From contig NW_013547018.1 of assembly GCF_000711695.1 (NCBI RefSeq), positions 248,001-312,000 of the forward strand: a stretch of 64,000 bases of DNA, given 5' to 3'. Below are positions 35,919-49,064 of this stretch, one piece after another. How positions within the stretch are numbered: position 1 is the stretch's first letter; each line of letters begins with the position of its first letter. The notes beneath the pieces are model-generated. The model did no database searches. It saw only the letters and a list, made by a program, of their open reading frames with translations, and had not been told where the DNA came from. Position numbers and translations under genes: made by a program. This stretch comes from Tilletiaria anomala UBC 951 (Eukaryota).

Positions 35919-38900
35919 ATGGAGTTCCAGCAGGTGCCGGCTGCACAGCCGATGCTTACGGACGAGAAGATGGACGCCGTTGACGAGATCATTCCCGTCA
36001 CAAATCGTGAGTGGTCGCCCATCTTCCGCCGCCGATTCCTTTTGCAGCCTTTTGACGCTCGACACTGACCTGCCACTCACCGCGACCTGTACCCGCAGAC
36101 CGCGCATTCGCCTCCAAGCATCTTGCAGATCTAGGACAGGAGGAGGAGGCATTCGCAGTGTGTCATTGGGACGTGTCGGGATGGGCAGCGCTGGACAAGC
36201 GCATGACCGGTCCAGAGTTCGAATGCGGCGGGCACAAATGGCGGATCCTTCTCTTTCCCTTCGGTAACTCGAATGGGCAACCAAACGATATGGTCTCGGT
36301 TTATCTCGATTATGCCGATCCAAAAGGAAGCCCGGAAGGATGGCACGTCTGCGCTCAATTTGCTCTCGTCATCTCCAACCCGAACGATCCGACAATCTTT
36401 TCTAGCAGTCGTGAGTCGTCTCCTTGCGTGTTGAACATGCAGAGCAGAATGCTGACGCATTTCGAACATTCGCAGAGGCGCACCATCGGTTCACACTGGA
36501 GGAGATGGATTGGGGGTTCACTCGCTTCAATGAGCTTCGCAAGTTGACATCCGTCGGCGAGGGGCGGACACGACCCATCATCGAAAACCAATCGGCCAGA
36601 ATCAGTGCTTTCGTACGCGTACTCAAAGACCCAACTGGCGTGTTATGGCACAACTTTATCAAGTGAGCAGTGTCGTGTGCGGAATGTGCAGGGTACGGAT
36701 ACTGATAGGTCTTGTTCTTCTGCGACCTGCGGCAGCTATGACTCGAAAAGAGAAACCGGCTACGTCGGCCTTAAGAACCAAGGCGCCACCTGCTACATGA
36801 ACTCACTTTTACAATCTCTTTTCTGCACCAATCTCTTCCGCAAAGCCGTCTATCAGATCCCTACGGAGGGTGACACGCCCTCGGAAAGCGTCGCGCTCGC
36901 GCTGCAGCGCGTCTTTTACTTGCTGCAAACATCAGATCAACCGGTGGGCACCAACGAGCTGACGAAGAGTTTTGGCTGGAAGTCGCTCGACAGCTTCCTT
37001 CAGCATGACGTGCAGGAGTTCAATCGCGTGTTGCAGGAGAAGCTTGAGACCAAGATGAAAGGCACTGCAGCGGATGGTGCGATCGGCCGGCTCTTCGTCG
37101 GCAGGATGAAGAGCTATCTCCGTTGCGTCAATGTCGACTACGAATCTAGTCGCTCCGAGGACTTTTACGACATCCAGCTCAACGTCAAGGGCATGGCAAA
37201 CCTGCAAGAGTCGTTCCGGGATTACATCCAGGTCGAGATGCTGGAAGGCGACAACAAATACCAAGCAGAGGGGTATGGCCTGCAGGATGCCAAGAAGGGT
37301 GTCATTTTTGAGAAGTTCCCGCCTGTGCTTCATCTGCAACTGAAGCGGTTCGAGTATGACATCGAAAAGGATGCCATGGTGAAGATCAACGACCGACACG
37401 AGTTCCCCTTCGAGATTGACCTCAAAGAATACCTCGATCCCAGCTCACCTGAGCGCGACCAGTCTTGGCGCTATCGGCTGCACGGCGTCCTCGTCCACTC
37501 GGGTGATCTGCACGGCGGTCACTACTTTGCGCTGATCAAGCCCGAGAAGGATGGGAGGTGGTTTAAGTTCGACGATGATCGCGTCACCCCAGTGACGGAC
37601 AAGGAGGTGCTGGAGGACAACTATGGCGGAGAGATCCCCAACGGACACCTCGGTGGCCAGGTGGGTGCGCGCGCGCCCGTCCGGGCGATGAAGCGTTTCA
37701 CCAATGCGTACATGCTAGTATATGTCCGCGACCCCGAGGTCGATACTGTCCTGAAGCCCTTCACGCCGGACGACACACCCCCGCACCTCCGTCAGAGGCT
37801 CGAGGAGGAGCGGCAGCAGCTCGAGACGAGAAGAAGGGAGCGCGAGGAGCAGCATCTTTACCTCACCGTCAAGCTTGTCACAGAGGACACATTCCGCACA
37901 CACCAAGGCTTCGATTTGGCGACATTTGAGGAGCGCAACTTGCCGGCCACGGATCTGCCGTCGTTCCGTGTCAAGAAAGACGAGCCGTTCATCACCTTCA
38001 AGGCAAAGGTGGCGCAGCAGTACAAGCTGCCGGAGAAGGACATCCGACTCTGGGTCCTCGTCAACAGGCAGAACAAGACCGTGCGCCCTGACACGGTCGT
38101 CCCCGAGAACGATCCGATTTTGACGCTGGAGATGGTGCGCGAGAAGATGGCTTCGAGGCAGAATGACTTGCGGCTCTACCTTGAAACGGACACGCACACA
38201 GCACCACAGCCGGACGCTGGGCAGCCGCAGCAAGGGCAGACGACGTCTATGATCTTCCTCAAGTACTTTGACGTCTCACGGCAGACCCTGACAGGTGTTG
38301 GGCGCGTCTTCATTCACAGCAACCAGAAGGTCGGGGACCTAGTTCCAACGATCAACGAGCTGATGCGCTGGCCGCCAACGACAACAGTCCGCCTTTATGA
38401 GGAGATCAAGCCGGGTATGATCGAGCAGATGAAGCTCAAGGCCACCTTTGGGCAGAGCGAGATTCAGGACGGCGACATTATCTGCTTCCAGATGGAGATT
38501 TCGGACCGCGAGTGAGTGCCTTTTGACACAAGAGAGCTGGTCCTCGGATGGTGGTCGTTGACTCTGCCTTTGCTTCCCGTTGGCTCGTCTATAGCGCGCA
38601 TGACTTTGAGGCGCAGTCGATGTATTCGAATCCGATGCAGTTCTACGACTTCCTGCAGAACCAGATCAAGGTGCTCTTCAAACCACGATATGATGATGTC
38701 GACTACAAGCAGGAGTTCGAGGTCACGCTATCCAAGAAGATGACATACGATATGGTCAGTTTTTCGTTCTTTGCTGGGCATGTCTCGCAGCCCTTTCAAT
38801 GGCATTGAAAACTGACGCATCATTTTCTTGATATAGATGGCGGCCAAAGCAGGCGAACGCTTAAAGCACGATCCACTCAAGATCCGCTTCGTCACAGCAA

Positions 38901-39740
38901 ACGGGCCCAATGGCGCACCGAAGACTGTTCTCAAGCGGACAGCGAACCAAACCGTCAACGAGATCGTCTCGCCAAGCTATCTGCAGGGCCAGGCGTCGCT
39001 TCTGTACTACGAGCTGCTTGATGTCAGCATCGTCGAGCTCGAAGTGAAGCGCAGCCTGAAGATCTACTGGTGCGGCGCGAACAACAAGGAGGAGTCCGTG
39101 CATCCATTCTTGCTGCATAAGACGACACCTGTCAACGAGCTGGTGGACCACCTCGCCAAGGTTGTCAAGTTGACGCCCGAGGGTTCGCAGCGAATCCGCA
39201 TTTTCGAAGTGACACCGAGCGGGAAGCAGCAGAAGGAATTCACCGGCATGGATATGATCGGCAACATTGCCGAGTCAACCGAGCTGTTTGGTGAGGAGAT
39301 CCCACTTGAGGAGATCAACATCTCGGACGAGGACAAGGTTATCAACGTCTTCCACTTCACCAAGGAAGTGCATCGGGTGCATGGCATTCCTTTCAAGTTT
39401 GTCGTCAAGAAGGGCGAGCGCTTTGCAGACACCAAGAAGCGGCTGCAAACCCATCTAGCGGTGAACGAGAAGGACTTCGCCAAGTTCCGTTTCGCGCTTG
39501 TTCAGTCGTCGACGTACAAGCAGCCCTCATATATTGAAGATGCAGATGTCTTGTGAGTTGCCTCTCTGAGCGTTCTTCATGCGATCATCACAAGTCCGCT
39601 GACCGCTACTTTCGGATTACAGGTACGACCATCGCTTCTCGGTGGACGACGTTCTGGGTCTCGACCACCCCGACCGCTCAGGGCGAACAGGCAGGATAGG
39701 CGCGCAGAAGCAGGACAACGGCATCCGAATTCGCAATTGA
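35919..39740 (+). CDS. UBP15: Ubiquitin-specific protease USP7/Ubp15 (MATH + UCH + UBL domains; multi-exon; an upstream exon is likely)
   Basis: MATH domain (FECGGHKWRILLFPFGN, DWGFTRF), Cys box GLKNQGATCYMNSLLQ, QHDVQEF, His box GVLVHSGDLHGGHY, C-terminal LGLDHPD...IRIRN*. An acceptor at 35907-35909 implies an upstream exon. Confidence 0.95.
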
Positions 39741-40326
39741 ATAGACGTACCGACCACAGCAGGTGTTGTGTGACATCAGAGAGGGTCCCTCATTTCCCCT
39801 GACTTGCTTTCTCATCCGCGCCTGGCCCCGCGCGGCACCTCCTTTCATTCGTCTTGTTGACGCCACATGCCGCACTCCCACCAAGCAAAAAGCGCGCCCT
39901 GCACTGTTATATCTTTTCCCACCAACAACCCTGTATTCTGAAATTGTCCGCAATCGAGCGGTTGTGAGAGGAGCATGAATCTCGGTAGTGCCTTGTCGAG
40001 TGAGCTGAGTTGGAAAGCAACATCGACGTCTTGGGAGAGGATGCTTTCTTAGCATGTCATCATTTTCTGACGCGTAGGGTTCTAATGATGAACTGCTCGA
40101 CTGATGCTTCTGCGACTGAATTGACGCGTCCCCCGCGCTGTGCGGAAGAAGCGAGGGGGGAGTGAGAAGAGAGGAGAATCCCGACAGACGCGTCGAGCTC
40201 GAGCAACGAACCCACGCAACAGCATCAACACTATCAGCACTTTCGACCCAAGACATCATCGACTGCGGTCCTGTATGCTTTATACATACACGCTGGTTGG
40301 CCTCGAGTGCCATACACATAGCAGTT

Positions 40327-43300
40327 ATGTCGCACGTCGACCATATTCACAGCCTGGCGCTGGCTGTCGTGCCTGCGGCTCGTAAGCGTCGCGACGAGAC
40401 CGAGAGCGAAAGGAGAGCGCGCAAGGCGTTGGCGCGCGACCTGGAGGAGACAGCATGGGACATTGTAGAGAGGTGAGTCTCCAACCGACAGAGAGCAAGC
40501 ACAAGTGATGGCTCAAACTCTGTACGAAGCCGGAAGCAATGCTTATGATTAACATTGCTTGCAGTGAGGTAAATCAGCGACTTGCACGGAGTGAAATACA
40601 GATCGCCGAGTCAATTAAACAACGACGTGAGTGCCGTTGAATAGCCTGTACCTCCTCATATACTAAAGCCAATCTTCACTGGGCGTATCCACCAGTATTA
40701 AAATACGCTGTTGATGGAGGCGTAGGGTCCAGCATTCGATACAGCAATCTCGTCTCACGGCTCAAGTCTCATGTGCGCAGATTTCCGACGAGAGTGGAAG
40801 CTGGACACGAGATATTGACTTCCCCTCGTCTCTCCTTCACTGACCTCACTCGTGTTTATGCAGCCGGAGCAACCCAGGAATCTCGTGTCTGTCTTGGATA
40901 TGCTTGATCAGCTGAGTTTCGATGGACGTCCTCTCAAGAGCTCGGATGCCCACATCCGTATGCCATCACTGCGGTCGGCTGTACCTAATCCCCAGCGTGA
41001 CGTTGCGACGCCAAGGACGCCCCGGCCTGCTACCGAGCCAACCGAATCAGCGCCGCAATCTCGCCGTGGAATGCCGCTAGCAGAGCGCGTCAGGGAACGG
41101 AGGCTGCGCGCCGGCCAGCCGCAAGTGCCAGAAGAGGAGCTGCTGCGCGACGTGATCTACCTGCTACAGGGCATCGATGGAAAATGGGTCAAGTTCAAGG
41201 AAATGTTTGTGATGCCCAACGATGCAGCTGGGGCCAATGTGATTGTCACAGAGGGAGGTGCGGCAAGGAAGGACCAGCCCGAAAAGGTCATCAAGGTCAT
41301 CTTCCCTCAGAATAGCGGAGTAAGCTCGACTTGCTCGGTCGCAAAAGGTGCAGGTCTGTACTCACGTGGCATGGCCCATTCACTCTCACAGCCAATCATC
41401 CCACGTTCAACCCGGCGGTTGATCCTGCAGATCACCGAGCTCGGACGCCTTTACCGACGCATCTCGCAATTCACCGATGAGGAGAGCAGCGAGCGTGAAT
41501 CTGGACTGGCAACGCAGGTAAGTACGCTTGCAGCGAGGCGATAGAGGTGATGGTGCTTATTTCAGTTCAACATTCACAGAGTCTATGTCACTTCATTTCC
41601 CGCGAAATGACCGACTACTATCGCCTGATTGCCATTTTGGAAACACAGTTGAACGACTCGGCTGACTCTGAGCGGTCCGATCAGGCAAGCTCGTCCGCGA
41701 ATCGCGATGCAAACTCCCATTTGACGCTGAAACGCGTGGCGGTCTGGACGCACGATGTTTTACTGCGCATGCGGCTACTCAGTACCATCATCGAGCAATG
41801 CCAAGGCGCAAAGGGTGGCGCACTAGCTTCGCTCATTCACACATACACCTTCAATGGCGACCCACTGATCAAGAGTATGACAGCTGACCTTCTTGAAGAA
41901 GTGTCACGTCCTTTCTTTGACACGCTGTCCAACTGGATCTTTAAAGGAGAGCTGCAAGACCCGTTCAACGAATTCTTCGTTCAGAGCAACAGAGAGTTTG
42001 CTGGCGCAAGGAACAGCGAAACACTGTCCATGGTGCACGAGAGTCTCCGTGACGATGATGCCGCCTCCTTCTGGCAACATCAATTCATCTTCCGGGCGGA
42101 CATGCTACCTTCCTTCCTGAGCCCAGAGTTTGGGAGGAAAATCTTCTCCACAGGCAAGAGCTTGAACTTTATCCGATACGCCTGCGGTGCCGACGAGTGG
42201 GTCAGCACGCAGGCTGAGGCGACTCTCCTTCGCTACTCAGACATCGAAGGCTTGCAGCGGACGGTAGATAGCGCACACAAGGCTGTGAGCAAGCACTTGG
42301 TCGAGATCTTCTTGACCAAGCTCAAGCTGTTGGACCACTTGCAAGCGTTGCAAGACTACCTCATGCTGGGCAAAGGCGACTTTGTGGACCTGCTCAAAAG
42401 CCAACTGGAAGAGTACCTCAACCGCCCATCAAATAGCCTGCACCGCCACAACCTGACCATTGCGCTGGAGACCGCGATCAGGGGCTCGAATGCACAGCAC
42501 GACGATCCAGAGGTCATCAAGCGACTGGATGCGCGACTACTCGAAGACTCTGCGGGCGATACGGGCTGGGATGTGTTTACGCTCGAGTACAAAGTCGACT
42601 CGCCGGTCAATACCATCCTCGACGGGCCAGCAATGCAGGCATACCAGATGATTTTTGGGCATCTGTGGCGCATCAAGCGCGCCGAAGTTGCGCTCGCTGA
42701 GACCTGGGCGAGAACCACTTCTTGTAGATTTGAGCTGCAGAAGACCATGAAACAGAACCCGCAAAGCAAGGGTAAGTGGGCTGCTGCGTACACACAAGGT
42801 AATTATTGCCGCGTCAGCTCATGCGGCTCATACATTTCCCATGCAGCCATTCTGCGCACTCTCAACAAGGCGCTTCTGATGTTGGGAGAGATGAACCACA
42901 TGGTCAGGCAGATCCAAGGATTCTGTCAGCTGGAATGCGCCGCCTATTCTTGGCAAGACCTGACCATCTCGCTCAAGGGAGAGCTAGACCTGGATGAGCT
43001 GATTGATCGCCATCAAAAATACGTCAACGCGTTGGTCAGCAAAGTGTTGTTGCGACAAAGTACAAGGCGCAACGATCCAGATTTCCTCGCCAACGAAGTC
43101 CGCGCGACGCTGACGATCATCCTGGCGTTCTGCTCCGTCGGGACCGAACTTTCACACTTTATCCTCACCTTTGCACAAGGGCAGCAAGATCCGAGTAGCG
43201 CAGAGCATGCGCACGAGCGCATCGCTGAGAAGCTTACGGAGCAATCGGTCAGGTTCAAGGAGCGTTTGCAGAACATCGTCGACAGGCTTGAGAAGCATTC

Positions 43301-43531
43301 CAACTTGGTAAGTGCGGCGTGCCGATTGCGCGCGAGGCATGTTCCGCGTCTAAAGAGCTGGCATTCTGACCCTCCTTGCCGCCAATTTTCGCCTTCCGCT
43401 AGATTGTGCGAGAGCTCGGCACCAGACTCAACTTCAATGAGCACTACGAAGCGACACGTAAAGAGCGACGAAGAGAGGCGGCGCCTCCGATAGCAGCGTC
43501 GTCGACAGTGACAGCACCAGCAGCAAATTGA
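40327..43531 (+). CDS. SPC98: Gamma-tubulin complex component 3 (Spc98/GCP3); about 8 exons
   Basis: EELLRDVIYLLQGIDGK, ELGRLY, QSLCHFISREMTDYYRLIAILE, GDPLIK, WIFKGELQDPFNEFFV, KIFSTGKSLNFIR, GWDVFTLEYKVDSP, RLNFNEHY. Confidence 0.92.
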
Positions 43532-43760
43532 GGGCGGCGCGGGACACCCTTGGATCTTTAGTGTATACAATTTGCAAAGCTTGGTTTAGACTGCATTTCC
43601 ATCGCTCGTACAGGTTTAAGGTCACACGAACTCTTCTTGCTTTCTGTAGACCGATAAAATGAAATGAGAGCAGGCGCCTACGCAGCGTTTCTTTATCCTG
43701 CTGGCCAACGACACGCTGTGTTTCACCACGTCAGCTTGCGCGCAAACGACAGCTATCAGA

Positions 43761-45503
43761 TCATGTCCGAACAGACGGCGGCTGTCCGAACGGGCTTCCG
43801 CCGATCCATGTGCCTGCTGTAGTGGCTGTCTGATGCGGCGCGATGGACGCGGGCACGTTCCCGCCGGACACGGCAATGGGCAAGCTGCTGACGCCGCCGG
43901 CACCGGATGGGCCTGCTGCGGGGCCTAGCGATGCGCCGGCCGTGGAAGACGGGCCGTAGCGCTCCTCTGCGTAACGTCCCATGATGCCTGCGAGTGGGCC
44001 GAGCAGGCGCGTAAACGCCTTTTCGCTCAGCGTGGCCACCTTGAGCTTCTTGGCAGGCGGAGGAGCTGCTGTCTCTGCTGCTGCTGATGATGATGCTGCG
44101 GATACGGATGCGACTTCGCCGGGCAGAGCGGCGGCGGCGACGACGGATGCTGCACGTGGTGCGTTGTTAAGCAGGGCCAGTTCGCCAAAGTAGTCGCCGC
44201 GGCCGAGGCGGCCGATGGTCATCTCATCATCCAATGCTGTAGAGGAACTGACTGCGGGCCCAGCTACTGATGAAGTCGAAGAGCAGGCCGCAGGCGCCAG
44301 CTTGCGCTTCTTGACCTCTGCGAAGCCTTCGACGATAATGAAGAACTCGGTGCCGCGCTCGCCCTGCTTGATGGGGCGCTGGCCAATGTCGTACGTGCGC
44401 ACCTCGAGCGCGTCGCTGATCTTGGCGCGCTCAGCGTCGCTGAGGTGCTCGAACAGTGCGACGTCCTTGAGGAAGCTGTCGTACAGCGCACGCCTGCGGC
44501 TATTAGTCTCCATGAGGATCGAGCGGAATGTGACGCGGTCCAGCGCCCACAGCGTGCAGGGCGACGTTGAGAGGATCGTCGCGGCGCGCGGTTGGAGGTA
44601 GAGCAGCGCGAGCTCGCCGAACGAGTGACCGGGGCCGTAGCTGGACTTTTTCTCGCCCAGGTTAGCCATCGAGAGGTCGCTGGCCGTGGCGGCTGCACAA
44701 GGAAAGCTGCTCCTGTTATCCGACTCTGAATTGACAGAGCCGCTATTGCCCAAGCTGCTCGTGAGAGTCGGCTTGATGTACACGTCGAGCGTGCCGCTCT
44801 CAACGACATAAAAGTAGTCTCCCTGTGCGCCCTGTTCGATGACGGCTACGCTAGGGTCGACTTTGACCTCCTTCATGGCGAACAGGACATCGTTGTACTG
44901 GTCCTCCTCCAAGTTGCGGAAGAGCAGATTGTTACCGATCGCCGCGCGGATGCGAGCCAGCTGTGCGTCCGTCTTGGGGATAACCGTTTTGCTGCTCGAT
45001 TGGGTCGAGGCCGAGGCGCGTGCGAGCGACTCGGCCGAGACCGACGTGCGCCGGCCAAAGTTGAACGAGGGCGGAGGCATGAAGGTGCTGCCACTGCGGC
45101 CAATGCCGGCGGAGGAAGCCCCAGGGGTGTCTGGTGCGGGTATCTCTTCGTCGCCCGTATCGGTGCTGGATGAGCTGTCGAGCGAGCCGCGGTGTGGCGA
45201 TGCTGTTGGGGTTGAGGCCCCAGCCACGTCAACGCCAAAGGGACTGGCAGAGGAGAAGAACGAGGTCAAGCTCGGAGTGTTGGACAACGGCAGGACGACA
45301 GAGGTCGGTGCGGGGGCCACGGGGTCGACGCTTGCATCTGCGCCCGCACCAACACCAGCAGCACTTCGATGAGCGACACGCTGCTCTTCAAGACGTCTGT
45401 TGAACCAGTTGGCGCAGAACTGCAGTGGGTCGATAGGTCTGGTACGTAGAACCTCGCGGTTGAGCTCGTTGAGTATGGCGGCGTACTCGGAGGAGAGCGC
45501 CAT
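43761..45503 (-). CDS. BCY1: cAMP-dependent protein kinase regulatory subunit (Bcy1/Ubc1 type), intronless
   Basis: D/D domain (LNELNREVLR..P.DPLQFCANWF), inhibitor site RRTSVSAE, and two cNMP domains with FGELALLYLQPRAAT and FGELALLNNAPRAAS. Confidence 0.95.
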   Translation of the reverse strand: MALSSEYAAILNELNREVLRTRPIDPLQFCANWFNRRLEEQRVAHRSAAGVGAGADASVDPVAPAPTSVVLPLSNTPSLTSFFSSASPFGVDVAGASTPTASPHRGSLDSSSSTDTGDEEIPAPDTPGASSAGIGRSGSTFMPPPSFNFGRRTSVSAESLARASASTQSSSKTVIPKTDAQLARIRAAIGNNLLFRNLEEDQYNDVLFAMKEVKVDPSVAVIEQGAQGDYFYVVESGTLDVYIKPTLTSSLGNSGSVNSESDNRSSFPCAAATASDLSMANLGEKKSSYGPGHSFGELALLYLQPRAATILSTSPCTLWALDRVTFRSILMETNSRRRALYDSFLKDVALFEHLSDAERAKISDALEVRTYDIGQRPIKQGERGTEFFIIVEGFAEVKKRKLAPAACSSTSSVAGPAVSSSTALDDEMTIGRLGRGDYFGELALLNNAPRAASVVAAAALPGEVASVSAASSSAAAETAAPPPAKKLKVATLSEKAFTRLLGPLAGIMGRYAEERYGPSSTAGASLGPAAGPSGAGGVSSLPIAVSGGNVPASIAPHQTATTAGTWIGGSPFGQPPSVRT

Positions 45504-46765
45504 CTTGACTTCGATTGCTTGGTCTATTTGAGTGGTCACTCACGCAAGCGCCTTGGAGATGCCTGATACAGTCGTCAGGATGTAGCTTCTCTTTCTCTCT
45601 ACCAGTAGATGCTATGTACAGTTCGAGCCGAGCTTGTCGGGGGAGGACGGGCGATGACGCAGGATGGGATGAATGCTGCGGGGTGTGCCGCAGGGGATAA
45701 GTACGAGTGTGAGTGTGTTGTTTGGACGGTTATCGCGCTTCCCAAACGGGTGCGCTGCCAGCACTCTGCAGCCAATCTCGAGTCCCAGGCGTGGGTGTCG
45801 GCGTGAGCCCGCTTGGATATGCGCACGGAGGGATGAGAGGCGATACGATGCGATGAGCCTATGTACAAGCAAGCGCAGGGCAGCTACCTATACCTACAGC
45901 CAACCTACGACGTGGGCGTCTATACGGAGGATGCAATACCACTACGCTAGGCGGAGAGTACGCCGTGAGGTGGTGTTGTGTTGCGACCCATGACGGGAGG
46001 TGGGCGACACATGAGCACCGAGCACTGCACCAGTGTAGTCTCAGACTGCATGCCAAGCGGGAGAGGGCACTCCGCCCACGTAATGCGACATGCATGGTTC
46101 AACGCATTGGACGAGTGTAATGACTAAATCCATTTCAGTGATTGACCAGAACTATGTATGTAGGAGAGGAACTATGAACTGCACCCTTGGATTGCACGCA
46201 CGGACCCACGTTGCAGGCCAGAAGGAGCCGGCGCGCTGGCTGGTTGGTGGCAACAAAAGGTACAGGACACTTTCTCGAGCATGCACAGCACCATCCAGCT
46301 TGACCTTGACCTTGTCCTCGACGTCTGCTGCTTGGTCAGGCTCGGCGCTCGCTGTAGGCTGACGCGTCGAGTCGACTAGTAGAGTATTGTACACGCTGAG
46401 CTCCGCTGCGCGCGGCGTATGGACCTATGCCAGACTAGGGAGTTCAACTTTGAACCACGAGGGCCGTTGAGGCTCGAAATATGCTACAAATGAGATAATA
46501 TATGCACGCGCGTAACTGAAACAGGCGCGTGTGAGGTTTCAGGGCTTTTCGTTCGATAATCCGTGATTCTGCGCCGTGTGAGTGTGTGGCAGGGGGAGGG
46601 GCTGCTGTTGAATGCCAGGGAGAAAGGTAGGCATGAAAGGCTCTTGTCGTCACGGTCATTAGCGAAGAAATGCTGTGGTTATGGCGCCGGCTGCAACTGG
46701 TGGAGTAGTAACAAGCCGAACCTGTTCGTCCAGCCGGGCGTCCGTGAGCATGCGCTTGTGCACGT

Positions 46766-48226
46766 TCACGCGCCCGCGACCAGCGCCTTGGATTGCAGCT
46801 GCTGTGCCAACTGTACAAGCTCGTCCTTCTTCAGCTTCTGCACATCGTTGTACAGCGTAACCTCGACGCCTCCGATCTTCTCCGTCTCGTGCCCATCCTC
46901 ACGTTTTTTGGTCCCTTGCTGCCCGTACGCTCTGACGCGCAGACTCTCCCACTCGCCGGCAGTGGGGATGCGCTCACCCGTCTTGCGGTTCTCGGCCCAG
47001 AAGTCGGGGCCCTCGGCGCGCTCGCTGAGCGCCTGGCGCACCACAGGCGATTCCAGCAGTGGCTCCAGCGGTACGTCGGCATTGGTGAAGGCAAAGTAGA
47101 AGATGCCCAGGCGCGTGTAGTGCGCCTGGTCCTCGGGCGGCGCAATAACACGGTGGATCGTCTGCTTGAGGTAGCCGCCGGAGACTGCAGGCGCGCGAGC
47201 AACAATCCATGACGACGATGACAAGGAGTCAGCTTCTTACTTGAACCAGATAGCAATGCACTCGGGATGTGGCGCACTCACGGAACTGAAGGCAGTCACC
47301 CAAGTTGATGACGAGCGCATTGTCGATGTGCTTGACCAACTTCCACTCGTTGCTCGGCATTAGCACCTCCAAGCTTGTGATCGGCTGGCTCCAGAGGATC
47401 GAAACGGCGTTGAAGTCCGTGTGCCCCTGTAGCCTGACGCCGCCCAGAGCCTGGTCATCCTCCTTGCTCGGCGTATGGTAGGCGGCATACCGCAATAGGT
47501 CCAGGCCCTTCGACTCTGGGTCCCGAGACAGATTCCACAAGTAATCTGCGGGTAGCTTGAGTACGAGGGAGAGTAATGTGAGGACCTTGCGGTAGATATT
47601 CTCGTGGTTGAACTGTGCAACAATATTGTCAGCGCACGAGCGTTTTGAGATATTCCATTGTTCAAGCAAGCGCCACTCACCTTGGCGAAAGTTTGAATTT
47701 CCGGAATGAGAGCCTTTAGGCCAGGTGGGAACGAGGCCTCACGCTTCTCCTTGCTAAAGCTCGTAGAGACAACGTTGAACTGCTCGATCTTGTCCTTGAC
47801 ACCGTTGATCTTCCAGTGGCCCATCTCCTTGTACCCAGCGAAGCTACCGGTTCGGAGGATGTCGGCTTTGAACTTCTGCTTTTCTTCCTCCGTCACCGCA
47901 TTGAATGCATACTGCCCAATGGCGAATTGCCGCAGAACCTCGTCCCATGATAGGCCGTGGTTCACGGCGTAGATGAAACCGTCCTTGTGGAACGCCTCGC
48001 CGACGCGTGCAACGAGGGATTCGGACACTTCGGTAAAGTTTTCACCCCTGATCTCCGAGAGGTCCAGCGTCCAGAGTGGAGCCCAGTCGATGTCTGAATA
48101 CGCCAGTTGCAGCGAAAAGGGTCAGCGGAGAAGAGTAAACGACAGCGTCGCAGCATGATGCTCACCCGACGTTTTGGTTGGCTCGGGGGGCACCCAGCGA
48201 GGAATGTCGAGTGTCGAAGAAGGCAT
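46766..48226 (-). CDS. 2-oxoglutarate/Fe(II) dioxygenase (DIOX_N / IPNS-like); 4 exons
   Basis: DWAPLWTLDLS, GFIYAVNHGL, HxD motif GHTDFNAVSILWSQ, LVINLGDCLQF, SGGYLKQTIHRV...R (distal His and 2OG Arg). The substrate cannot be inferred. Confidence 0.88.
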
Positions 48227-49064
48227 GTCTGCAACACAAAGATGAACAGCGACTACTGATGTTCTGCTTCACAGTGTAATCGTTGACGAGGGGAGGGACG
48301 TCATGCATAGGAGAAACGAGCACACTACATGGATATATACGATACCACGCACAGGTCGGCTTCGAACGAGACAGAGCAGGTTGACCACAGCAGCAAAACA
48401 TCTAATCACCGCCGCGGCACAAGACAACGACCCGCCTTCAGGCAGCAACGCCGGGCTGTCGTTGATGCTGTAAGATAAGCTTCTACAGTTGTGCTCTTGT
48501 TCGCAACAATGACGAAGGAGAACTGCGGGGTACCATGTGCGAGAGACACAGAGCGATCATGCGATCAGTCGAACGTGGAGCAATTGCGTGCTCAGCAACA
48601 TGCCTGACGCTCGTGGCCGCTAAAACAAACGTGATTATTATGTAAGCCGATCCTTGCTTCGCAGGTTGCCCACTGCTGGAGTAGCTCCTACGTAAATTTC
48701 ATTTGCCTCCCCCCCACTTCACCTACCCGAAGACATCGCTCGCGAGCACTTCAAATACGCTCGTGTCTATCGCAGGTGCTCAAGAGCCAGGAGCAAGCCA
48801 CCAAAGAGAAGAGCGAAATCCTGCGATGAGGTCATTTCAGAGCGGACGACAGCAGGGAATAAAGCTGCTATAACAGAGGTGCAGCTTCAGGTGCTTGACC
48901 CCACGCTTAGAACAAAGTGAACTATTCTGACCAGACCATAGGGTTGGCGATGATGCAGGTATATGATGCCAAAGTGTCGATCGCTGCTCACGTGTTGGCA
49001 TCGACCTGTTTCTCACAAGAGAATGATGCAACAACTAAAATACAGGCGTCGATTCTGCATTCCT